A stretch of 27,912 nt of DNA, taken from IMG/VR virus record IMGVR_UViG_3300020043_005946, positions 1 to 27,912 of that record; one strand, 5' to 3'. Below, piece after piece: positions 7,584-15,806 of this stretch. Position 1 is the stretch's first letter. The number at the start of each line of letters is the position of its first letter. Made by a program: the position numbers and the translations under genes. The stretch comes from a virus. Its lineage: Duplodnaviria > Caudoviricetes. Below the pieces are notes generated by a model. It searched no databases, was not told the origin of the DNA, and saw only the letters and a program-made list of their open reading frames with translations.

Positions 7584-8156
7584 ATGCATAACATTCGACA
7601 AATTACATTCTTTATTCTTTGGATTATCTTCTCAAGTATCGTATTGCTTCATACATATTGTACAGTTTTTAGCAAACATTGCTATGTTACTGTTAATGTT
7701 GATGGAAAAGTGCATACATTATATAGAGCTGAACATTTTTTAGGAAATGATAGATATTCAGGATCAATAATTACAGATAAAAACAGACTCACATTATCAG
7801 AAATGGATCTTTACTTTTTTGAACCAACAAGATATACGGAATATTCTAAAGCAGAAGCATCTTCAGATGGAATTTTTAAACTTGATGAATTGCGTCGTAG
7901 ATTTAAGTTGGAAGATGTGAGAATACCACTTAATCCAGTTAAACTTTTCTCAACATACATGATTCCAGTTTCTATTATTTTTGTTTCAATTCTCGCTTTA
8001 TTATCATTATTTCCAATGCCAGAAGGATTTTTCGAATCTCCGTTTGTAAAAGCTTTGTGGTGGGGTCCAATGTTGATTTTTCCTCTTATTCTTTATATTC
8101 TTTTTGCTATTCCAGCAAAAATCATTGCTAATTGCCCAAAATATTTTGGAACTTAA
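7584..8156 (+). CDS. Membrane protein (3 predicted TM helices)
   Basis: Hydrophobic segments near aa 7-29, 122-144 and 157-180 with a soluble loop. Confidence 0.7.
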   Translation: MHNIRQITFFILWIIFSSIVLLHTYCTVFSKHCYVTVNVDGKVHTLYRAEHFLGNDRYSGSIITDKNRLTLSEMDLYFFEPTRYTEYSKAEASSDGIFKLDELRRRFKLEDVRIPLNPVKLFSTYMIPVSIIFVSILALLSLFPMPEGFFESPFVKALWWGPMLIFPLILYILFAIPAKIIANCPKYFGT

Positions 8157-8198
8157 ATTTATCTCATTTTCATTTATTCACTATTAAATAGTTAAATT

Positions 8199-8777
8199 AT
8201 GAATAAAGAACAAATTATAGCAATTCAAAAGAAAATAGGAGAGACTCCTGATGGTTTCTGGGGGCCAAAATCTATTAAAGCAGTTCAAAAGTATCTCACT
8301 TCTCTTATGCCAAATCCGAATCCTTGGCCGAAAAGTGACTCTAAAAGTTTAACTTCTTTTTACGGAAAGCCAGGAGATGAAAGTAATCTTGTAACAGTAG
8401 AGTTTCCATTTCAAACATTTTATGAAGGAAAGAAAGTTTCTAAGTTTCGTTGTCATCGTAAATGCTGGGAAAGCTTAACAAAAGTATTAAGCAATATAAA
8501 CCAAAAATACGGCCATAAACGCGAAATAATGGAGGAAGCAGAGGATTATGGCGGAGTATTCAACTATCGCCCTAAACGTGGCGGAAACAGCCTTTCCTTG
8601 CATTCTTGGGGCATTGCAATTGATCTTGACGCAGATGATAACTCATTTAAAGATTCTTGGCCTATTAATTCTGATATGCCATTAGAAATTATGGAAGAAT
8701 TTTCTAAAGAAGGTTGGCTTTCTGCTGGTGCATTTTGGGGATATGACGCAATGCATTTTCAAGCGGCAAGATCTTGA
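8199..8777 (+). CDS. Endolysin, M15 family Zn peptidase with N-terminal peptidoglycan-binding motif
   Basis: DGFWGPKS..AVQ PG-binding motif; FNYR, SLHSWGIAID (SxHxxxxAxD) and DAMHFQ. Confidence 0.9.
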   Translation: MNKEQIIAIQKKIGETPDGFWGPKSIKAVQKYLTSLMPNPNPWPKSDSKSLTSFYGKPGDESNLVTVEFPFQTFYEGKKVSKFRCHRKCWESLTKVLSNINQKYGHKREIMEEAEDYGGVFNYRPKRGGNSLSLHSWGIAIDLDADDNSFKDSWPINSDMPLEIMEEFSKEGWLSAGAFWGYDAMHFQAARS

Positions 8778-8801
8778 CAAAGCTTTTTTCTGTGGTAATA
8801 T
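8774..8801 (+). promoter_or_regulatory. Sigma70-like promoter, leaderless
   Basis: TTGACA-16bp-TAATAT with TG extension, 5 nt before ATG 8807. Confidence 0.55.
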
Positions 8802-8806
8802 AAAGC

Positions 8807-8953
8807 ATGACCTACGAAACAAGAAAACGACTAAACAATGTTTTAAAAGAAGTACTTTTTCAGGTAAAAGATAAAGGAAAAAAGGAAGAAATTAAAAAAG
8901 AGTTTACAGAACTCCTTTTAATTGTTGAAAAGAAGACTGCAAAGTATAAGTAG
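8807..8953 (+). CDS. Small basic helical protein (48 aa, MTYETRKRLNNVLKEVLFQ...)
   Basis: Hand-translated ORF filling the gap, with promoter directly upstream. Confidence 0.6.
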   Translation: MTYETRKRLNNVLKEVLFQVKDKGKKEEIKKEFTELLLIVEKKTAKYK

Positions 8954-9000
8954 TATATGTTGTCTGGAGTATAGTAGCTTAAGACCGATTGCATATATAG

Positions 9001-9033
9001 AAACCCCTTTCCAGAGTTGGAAAGGGGTTTTTT
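9001..9033. terminator. Intrinsic terminator
   Basis: AAACCCCTTTCCA-gagt-TGGAAAGGGGTTT then T-tract. Confidence 0.88.
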
Positions 9034-9048
9034 ATTATAAATATAATT

Positions 9049-9504
9049 ATGAAAACAATTATATTAATAATGGGATTATCTGGTAACGGTAAAACTACTT
9101 TTTATAATAATATAAAAGACGATTTAAAAGATCATTTATATTTAAATGCTGATGCAGTTAGAGAAGAATATAATGATTGGGACTTTTCTATTAGCGGACG
9201 TTTAAGACAAGCAGAAAGAATGAAAAGACTTTCAGATGAAACAGAAAAATCCTTAGTAATTATAGATATGATTTGTCCATTAAAAGAAATGAGAAGAATT
9301 ATAAAGCCAAATATTATATGGTTTATAAATCGAAAAGACTGTTCTCAATACAAAGATACAGACAGTTTATTTGAAACTCCTCTCTCCAGTGAATGTGACA
9401 TTCTTTATGAAGTAAAAGCATTTTCTGAGTCTGGAAGAGGCTTTTATATTAAAAAAAGAAATTTCTCGTATAAATACTGTTATGAAAAAGACAACTCACA
9501 CTGA
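9049..9504 (+). CDS. cysC: Adenylyl-sulfate (APS) kinase-like P-loop kinase
   Basis: Walker A GLSGNGKTT, LNADAVR, DWDFSISGRLRQAERM, ICP, FETP. Confidence 0.78.
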   Translation: MKTIILIMGLSGNGKTTFYNNIKDDLKDHLYLNADAVREEYNDWDFSISGRLRQAERMKRLSDETEKSLVIIDMICPLKEMRRIIKPNIIWFINRKDCSQYKDTDSLFETPLSSECDILYEVKAFSESGRGFYIKKRNFSYKYCYEKDNSH

Positions 9505-9949
9505 GCCTTTAGAAAAAGAACCAGAAATTCTTCCAGAAGAAACTTTAACTATAGAAGAAGAAATGTTTGCAAACTCCATTGCAGGCGGAGATTCGTATAA
9601 AAATTCCTTTTTATATGCATATCCAAATCGTAAACATTGGAATAATAATACTGTTTATAAAGAATCATCTTTATTAGCAAACTCTCCAAGAATATCCAAG
9701 CGAATAGAAATATTAAAAAGTGAAATGGCAAAAGAATATTTCTTATCATTTCAAGCAAAACGTGCATTAATTCGTTCTAAAATTGAAGATCCTTCTGTTT
9801 CAGAAAAAGATCGTATTAAATATTTAGAATTAGATGCTAAACTTGCTGGTGATTATGCACCTACAAAAGTAGAGAATAGTGGTGCAATGAATTTAAATCA
9901 TTCAGTAGATCATACAATCTCTGAAGCACTTGATTCTTTATTCAATTAA
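9482..9949 (+). CDS. terS: Terminase small subunit
   Basis: HTH-like F...Y..AYP...SLLANSPRISKRIE.L; DRIKYLELDAKLAG; directly upstream of TerL. Confidence 0.8.
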   Translation: MKKTTHTEPLEKEPEILPEETLTIEEEMFANSIAGGDSYKNSFLYAYPNRKHWNNNTVYKESSLLANSPRISKRIEILKSEMAKEYFLSFQAKRALIRSKIEDPSVSEKDRIKYLELDAKLAGDYAPTKVENSGAMNLNHSVDHTISEALDSLFN

Positions 9950-9951
9950 AC

Positions 9952-11538
9952 ATGAGTGTTTCTAGTAATAAAATTATTGAAAAGTTAAAAGATAAACTTT
10001 GGAGAATGGAGAATTTATATTTAATTCTTCCAGAAGACTCTAACGAACCAACTCCATTAACTCTTCGTGATGAACAACGCTCATATCTTACTCAAGGACA
10101 TAATAAATTGTTTATTCCTAAAGCTCGTAAGCTAGGAATTTCTACTGTTATTGTTTTAGATTTCTTAGATCATTGTATCTTTAATAAAAATGCTTATGTT
10201 GGTCATCTTGACTTAAAAGAAAAAGATTGTGCTAAAAAGCTTGGAATTGCAATGTTTGCATGGAAAAATGGAATAAAACATCCAAATCCTGTAATTGCTG
10301 CAATTTGGCGTGGAGTTCATGAGAAAATTAAACTAATTGGTGAAAGTAAAAGCCGATTAGAATGGAGTAATGGAAGTGTTCAAGAAGCAAGTCAAAGTTT
10401 TACGGGAACAACTCCTGGTAGATTACACTTGTCAGAATTTGCTGTTCTTGCAGACGAAGATCAAAATCGTGCAGAACGTATTATTCAAGGTTCTCTTAAT
10501 GCTGTACCTAAAAATGGACTTATAGTCATAGAGACAACAATGCGTAAACCTTCTGGAAGTGCATATAAACTATTTAAACTTGCAATGAGTAAAGTTGGTC
10601 AACAATTATCTCCTCTTGATTGGAATTTCTTATTCTTTCCTTGGTATAAGCATCCTTCTTACAAAACAACTGAAATAGAAGACATTACAGAAAGCACACT
10701 TTATTATGCAAAAGAATTAAATGACAAATACGGAATAGTTTTAAGTAGAGAACAATTAGCTTGGTATGATTATAAAAGTCGTGAACAAGGTCGTTTTATG
10801 AAAAATGAATTTCCATCTGTTCCTGAAGAATGTGTTCAAACACAAGCACATGGCGCAATTTATCCTGAATTAGCATCATTACGAATGAAAGGACGTGTAA
10901 CAAAGCTTGAATTTGATAAACAATATCCAATTTATGTTTCTGCTGACCTTGGCGTAAGTGACCGAACAGCACTTTGGATTGTTCAATTTTCTGGTCGTGA
11001 TATTCTTTGGCATCGTTTTTATATGAGTGGACACTTATCAGCCGCTCAAACAGCAAGTAAAATTCTTAAATGGGAAAGTGAATTAGGAATAACTTTTCAT
11101 AAAATACTTGTTCCACATGATGCTAATAAAAGAGATGGCGGAAGTGGTAAAACATATCTATCACAAATGATTGATGCTGGATTAAGTTCAAGCAGAGTTA
11201 TAGTAATTAATAGAACTTCTAATGTTTGGGATGGTATTAACTGGCTTCGTGATAATATGAATAGAATGTTTTTTGATGTTAGCACAGATCGTCCTGTTAT
11301 AAATGTTCTTGGAGAAGAAGAAATGAGTGGAATGAGTTGTCTTGAAGCATATCGCACAAAACCAACTGATCCAAGTTCTATTTTTCACGGTTCTGATGGT
11401 AATTCTGATGGTGCTGATTCTGCAAGAACATTTGCTCAAGCATGTTTAAACCAGATTATTTCTAATAAAGATTCTGTAACACATTCTATTGACATGCGTA
11501 GAAGACCAACAACACAAAGCGGAGATTTTAGATTTTAA
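9952..11538 (+). CDS. terL: Terminase large subunit
   Basis: Walker A PKARKLGIST, Walker B LHLSEFA, IETT coupling motif, nuclease DLGVSD, PHDA. Confidence 0.95.
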   Translation: MSVSSNKIIEKLKDKLWRMENLYLILPEDSNEPTPLTLRDEQRSYLTQGHNKLFIPKARKLGISTVIVLDFLDHCIFNKNAYVGHLDLKEKDCAKKLGIAMFAWKNGIKHPNPVIAAIWRGVHEKIKLIGESKSRLEWSNGSVQEASQSFTGTTPGRLHLSEFAVLADEDQNRAERIIQGSLNAVPKNGLIVIETTMRKPSGSAYKLFKLAMSKVGQQLSPLDWNFLFFPWYKHPSYKTTEIEDITESTLYYAKELNDKYGIVLSREQLAWYDYKSREQGRFMKNEFPSVPEECVQTQAHGAIYPELASLRMKGRVTKLEFDKQYPIYVSADLGVSDRTALWIVQFSGRDILWHRFYMSGHLSAAQTASKILKWESELGITFHKILVPHDANKRDGGSGKTYLSQMIDAGLSSSRVIVINRTSNVWDGINWLRDNMNRMFFDVSTDRPVINVLGEEEMSGMSCLEAYRTKPTDPSSIFHGSDGNSDGADSARTFAQACLNQIISNKDSVTHSIDMRRRPTTQSGDFRF

Positions 11539-11540
11539 TT

Positions 11541-11837
11541 ATGGGAATAATATATGACGCAATAAAATTAATAGACCAATATAGTGATTTTGATGACGAA
11601 ATCATTCAATGTTTAATTTCAGAGAGTGGATATATGTATAAATCTCCAAAACTATTCGTAATAGCAAATTACGATTCTGAAAAAGAAGATTTATTAGTTC
11701 ATTTTGTTGTTGGAGACTTAAAAGAATTATTAAATTTAATTAAGTTATCTCCAAAAACTATTTCATTTGAGAAGAATAAAAAGACTAAAACCTATCTTTA
11801 CGAAACATTTATACGTAAAGCATGTAAAGATTTATAA
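11541..11837 (+). CDS. Phage hypothetical protein
   Basis: Coupled to terL (TAAttATG). Confidence 0.6.
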   Translation: MGIIYDAIKLIDQYSDFDDEIIQCLISESGYMYKSPKLFVIANYDSEKEDLLVHFVVGDLKELLNLIKLSPKTISFEKNKKTKTYLYETFIRKACKDL

Positions 11838-11845
11838 ATACATTT

Positions 11846-12223
11846 ATGTACGATTTTTATTTAGAAACACCCGCACAATTAAGTCATCTTGACTATAGAA
11901 AACCTTTGTTAAATAAAGGTGCTCAAAAACCAAAACCACCACCTCCTGTAGTAGCACCTTATCGTGCTTCTGAAAATGATAATAGCAACCAAGCAAGCAT
12001 GATTGCTGGTAGACGCAAAGGATTGCGTGCAACTATTCTTGGAATGCCTACTGGTGCTGGAACTGCTCCTGATGCAAGTAATTTAATAGGTAAAAGTTCT
12101 GCTCTTGGTGCAAATTCAACTGCTCTTGGTTCTGCTCCAGTAAATACAACTGCTCAAGCAGCAATGAATAATATGACTTCATCTGCTCCAACTGTAGCGT
12201 CATTAGTTAATAGAAAAAGATAA
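11846..12223 (+). CDS. Small virion protein preceding portal (T7 gp7.3-like position)
   Basis: KPKPPPP, RRKGLRATIL and Ala/Ser-rich tail typical of pre-portal podophage proteins. Confidence 0.6.
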   Translation: MYDFYLETPAQLSHLDYRKPLLNKGAQKPKPPPPVVAPYRASENDNSNQASMIAGRRKGLRATILGMPTGAGTAPDASNLIGKSSALGANSTALGSAPVNTTAQAAMNNMTSSAPTVASLVNRKR

Positions 12224-12225
12224 TT

Positions 12226-13884
12226 ATGATTAATACAAACGAAGCATTAGCCACAGAAAAGATAAGAGAGTATAATCGCCTTGAAGGTGATCGTGCTTCT
12301 CTTGCTATTGAATGGCAAAACATAGCAGAATATTGCGCTCCACACAAGGCAAATATTACTCGCAAAACAACAAAGCCGTCTGAATATGAAAGTCGTCTTT
12401 TTGATACAACTGCAATAGATTCACTTCTTGTTGCTGCTGCTGGTTTTATGAGTTATACAACTCCTAAAAATCAAACTTGGTTTGCTTATAAACCAACTAG
12501 AGGATTAGAAAAAAATACTAGAGTTCGTAAATGGCTTGGTGAATGTTCGCAATTAACTTACGAATATCTTGCTAATTCTAACTTTTATACAGAACGTCAC
12601 GAAAGTATTATTGATAAACTTGCATTTGGAACATCTGCACTTTATTCAGCATTAGATGATAAAGATCGTCTTTATTTTGAAAATATTGAAGTTGGTTCTT
12701 ATGTAATCAAAGAAAATGTTTTTGGTTACATTGATACTTTTATTAGAAAAATAAAATGGAGTGTTTCTAAAGCAGTAAACATGTTTGGATTTGAAAACTT
12801 ATCCAAAGAAATGCAAGATCTTTATAAAAACGGAAACGGTGATAAAGAATATGAATTTTTACATGTTGTTGAACCTCGCGATGATCGTCTCATTTCTGCA
12901 AATCTTATTAAAGCTGCAAAGGAAAAACCATTTGCATCTTATTATGTTTGCATGACATCTAAAAAGATTCTTAAAGAAAGTGGATTTGATACATTTCCGT
13001 TTCATGTAGGTCGCTGGTTACGTTGGGGTGGACAATATAAATATTGGGGTTATGGTCCTGGTTTTTCTGTTCTTCCAGAAGCACGTCAATTAAATTATTA
13101 TCAGAAAATGATGGACATTTATGCGGGTAAAATAGTTTTCCCTCCTCTTCTTGTTCCAAATACTTTTGAAGGTTCTCTTGACACATCTATGAAAGGTATC
13201 AATTATTATGGTGCTGAAATGGGTCCAGATAGTATTCGTCCTCTTCCTATTCAAGGTGATCTTAATGCAGGATTAAATCGTATTGAATTTCGTAAGAAAG
13301 CAATCGAAAGTAAATTCTTTACTGATCTTTGGCAAATGCTTTCTTCCCGTGATCGTCAAAAAACTGCAACAGAAGTTATTGAACTTGTTAATGAAAAACT
13401 TGATGCAATTTCTCCTGCATTTGATCGTGACAGCACAGAAGTTATTGAACCAATGCTTCAAAGACTGTTTACAGTTCTTGGTACTGCTGGTATGCTTCCT
13501 GCTCCTCCAGAAGAAGCTATTTCATCTGTAGAAGGTAACATGGCAGAAGTTCCTAATCCTGCTGTTTCTTTCTCTGGTAAACTTGCACTTGCTTATAATC
13601 AATTGAAAAATACTCAAGCTGATAAACAATTGCAACGTCTTGCAGCAATCGCACAATTAAATCCATCTGTTATGGATGTTTGGAATTTTGATGCATGGGC
13701 AAAAGATACAAGTCTTAATGCTAATGTTTCTCCTGAATATATTCGTGATGATGAAGAAGTTCAAATGATGCGTGAACAAAGAGCACAACAACAGCAAATG
13801 GCACAACAAGCTCAAATGATGAGTGAAGCTGCAAAAGCTGTTGGTCCAGAAGCAACAAAAGAATTTGTTGAAAGCATGATGTAA
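12226..13884 (+). CDS. Portal (head-tail connector) protein, podovirus type
   Basis: FDTTA, SNFY, FGT, WGYGPG, KTATEV motifs; Gln-rich C-terminus; 552 aa. Confidence 0.93.
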   Translation: MINTNEALATEKIREYNRLEGDRASLAIEWQNIAEYCAPHKANITRKTTKPSEYESRLFDTTAIDSLLVAAAGFMSYTTPKNQTWFAYKPTRGLEKNTRVRKWLGECSQLTYEYLANSNFYTERHESIIDKLAFGTSALYSALDDKDRLYFENIEVGSYVIKENVFGYIDTFIRKIKWSVSKAVNMFGFENLSKEMQDLYKNGNGDKEYEFLHVVEPRDDRLISANLIKAAKEKPFASYYVCMTSKKILKESGFDTFPFHVGRWLRWGGQYKYWGYGPGFSVLPEARQLNYYQKMMDIYAGKIVFPPLLVPNTFEGSLDTSMKGINYYGAEMGPDSIRPLPIQGDLNAGLNRIEFRKKAIESKFFTDLWQMLSSRDRQKTATEVIELVNEKLDAISPAFDRDSTEVIEPMLQRLFTVLGTAGMLPAPPEEAISSVEGNMAEVPNPAVSFSGKLALAYNQLKNTQADKQLQRLAAIAQLNPSVMDVWNFDAWAKDTSLNANVSPEYIRDDEEVQMMREQRAQQQQMAQQAQMMSEAAKAVGPEATKEFVESMM

Positions 13885-13903
13885 AAAAATTCACAAAAAT
13901 GTG

Positions 13904-13942
13904 ATCGGTTGCATAAGTATAATTATGCAACCGATTTTTTTT
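13904..13942 (+). terminator. Intrinsic terminator with embedded TAAGTA-N5-ATG
   Basis: 13-bp perfect stem ATCGGTTGCATAA/TTATGCAACCGAT plus T-run after the portal gene. Confidence 0.75.
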
Positions 13943-14029
13943 ATATGTGCTCCTAAACCCCTTAATTCTTCTCTTAAAAGTGATAAAAACTCTGAAGAAG
14001 AACTTTTAAAGCTACTTTTAACAGTCTAA
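13925..14029 (+). CDS. Possible 34-aa peptide (MQPIFFICAPKPL...)
   Basis: TAAGTA-N5-ATG; fills the gap; start lies inside the terminator stem. Confidence 0.35.
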   Translation: MQPIFFICAPKPLNSSLKSDKNSEEELLKLLLTV

Positions 14030-14064
14030 TTAGCTTTTATAAAGATTAAACAATAAATACTATT

Positions 14065-14415
14065 ATGGATATTTCCCACTTATTCAAACCTCTTGAACCA
14101 AAAGAAAGAGACAAACTAGAAGATGCTATAATTTCATTAAGCACAAACGATAATTTTATTCTCTTTTTAAGAGACTTATTTGAAAAAAGCAATCCTTTAT
14201 CACCATCATTTCTTGATCGCTCTAATAATGATCCTTGCACTGCTGCTAAAAAAGATGGTGAAAAAAATGCAAGCAGATTTTTATTAAACGTTATTATTAA
14301 TAAAAATAAACCAAAGAAACGTAAAAAACGAGTTCAAAAAACAGATTCTACTCTTCAAAATATGATGAAAGATGAAGAAGATTTTATAGCAATGCAAAAA
14401 TTTTATGAAAAATAA
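14065..14415 (+). CDS. Hypothetical protein (Bbp19-like position after portal)
   Basis: F..FLRDL...P.F...DP.TAAKKDGEK pattern; synteny. Confidence 0.6.
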   Translation: MDISHLFKPLEPKERDKLEDAIISLSTNDNFILFLRDLFEKSNPLSPSFLDRSNNDPCTAAKKDGEKNASRFLLNVIINKNKPKKRKKRVQKTDSTLQNMMKDEEDFIAMQKFYEK

Positions 14416-14596
14416 AAAAACATTAGAACAATTAGTTAACGAACCTTATTGCGAACCAAAACAAGACTTTAAACTTGGTGATCTTACACCATCTTATATT
14501 GATTGGTTTTATAATAATCGTTCACGCGAAGAATTTTATCGCAAATATAGTGGCAGACGCTATCGAATAGAAAAGAAATATTTCGAGAAATTATAA
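14405..14596 (+). CDS. Small phage hypothetical protein
   Basis: P......LGDLTP.YI.W...EEF..KY.GR; overlaps the upstream gene. Confidence 0.6.
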   Translation: MKNKKTLEQLVNEPYCEPKQDFKLGDLTPSYIDWFYNNRSREEFYRKYSGRRYRIEKKYFEKL

Positions 14597-14615
14597 AATA
14601 AAGATAAATACAATT

Positions 14616-15527
14616 ATGGAACAAACCGAAAACGCCTCCAACGGAGATAACGTACAAAATACAAATACTGGATCAGTTCTTGGATCAGTAAATGTAGAAA
14701 CAAAAGCACAAGAACAAAATACTACAACACCAATTAATCAAACTCCTGCAACTACATTTAATGAATTGCTTGGTAATGATGGTAAATTTGTAGATGGTTG
14801 GACAAGTAGATTGCCAGAAAATCTAACAGATTATGGTAAAACTCTTTCTAAATTTAAATCACCTATTGAATTAATGACATCTTATGCAAATCTTGAAAAG
14901 GAATTTAGCAAGAAAAGTAATGTTGTCAAGCTTCCAAGTGAAGAAGCAAGTGAAGAAGATTGGAATGCTTATAAAAAAGCAATTGGTGCTGAATACAAAC
15001 CAGAAGATTATGGATTAAATCGTCCAGAAGATATTTCAGAAGATGTTTGGAATGGAAATGTTGCTAAACAAGCAAGTGAAATTGCAGCAAAATACGGCAT
15101 TCCTAAAAAAGCACTTCATGAATTTGTTGACATTTATAACGGAAGCCTCACTGATTTTGTTTCTCGCGGTGAAGAAATGCAAAAACAACAGTTTGAAAAT
15201 GTTATGGGAAGTCTTAAAAAAGAATGGGGTGTTAATACAACAAACAATCTTCAAAAAGCAAACCGTGCTGCTGTTGCACTTGGTCTTGATCCAAATGACG
15301 CATCTATTGGAAACAATGCAAACATTATTAAAGCATTAACCAAAGTTGATGAACTTCTTGGAGAAGATAAAACAAAAGTTACTGGAACAACTAATTCTAA
15401 TAATACATACGATGAACTTTATAAGAAAATTATGAACAGTGATGAGTATAAAGGTAAATTTGGAATTGAAAAACAAATGGATGCTCAAAGTAAACTTAAA
15501 GATATTTTCAATGCAATGAGAAAATAA
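14616..15527 (+). CDS. Capsid scaffolding/assembly protein
   Basis: Disordered N-terminus, KF.S...L..SY.NLEK, P.DY, LKKEWG; upstream of capsid. Confidence 0.8.
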   Translation: MEQTENASNGDNVQNTNTGSVLGSVNVETKAQEQNTTTPINQTPATTFNELLGNDGKFVDGWTSRLPENLTDYGKTLSKFKSPIELMTSYANLEKEFSKKSNVVKLPSEEASEEDWNAYKKAIGAEYKPEDYGLNRPEDISEDVWNGNVAKQASEIAAKYGIPKKALHEFVDIYNGSLTDFVSRGEEMQKQQFENVMGSLKKEWGVNTTNNLQKANRAAVALGLDPNDASIGNNANIIKALTKVDELLGEDKTKVTGTTNSNNTYDELYKKIMNSDEYKGKFGIEKQMDAQSKLKDIFNAMRK

Positions 15528-15550
15528 AATAAAAGTTTATTTTTTAAATT

Positions 15551-15581
15551 AAAAAACGATTCAGAAATGAATCGTTTTTTT
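15551..15581. terminator. Bidirectional intrinsic terminator
   Basis: A6-CGATTCA-gaaa-TGAATCG-T7. Confidence 0.85.
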
Positions 15582-15610
15582 GTTTATATACGAAAAAATA
15601 AAAAATACAA

Positions 15611-15806
15611 TAAATATATTTGTATCCTATTATGACCCGTTTGGGTAATCATAATATTTTAATGTTAAAAAAGCCGGAAACGGGAACTTTAGAGACTTAA
15701 TGGAAATAAAAAATAAATTATATCCTGCACGGATTTCTAGTGCGAAACAATTCTTTAAAAATCCCGACCACGGATCTTAGTGGTAAAAACTATATAACAA
15801 AAAAAT
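15611..15806 (+). promoter_or_regulatory. Late-type promoter and structured 5' leader of the capsid gene
   Basis: TAAATA at 15611; two bulged hairpins and two H-type pseudoknots. Confidence 0.65.

Noticed and set aside
9920-9949. TerS C-terminus ALDSLFN as a T4 sliding-clamp-binding motif (SLDFLF-like)
   Set aside because: Too short and degenerate; TerS termini are often amphipathic for TerL binding
13891-13904. TCACA-N4-TGTGA palindrome as a CRP site
   Set aside because: Wrong half-site order and spacing for CRP; single occurrence
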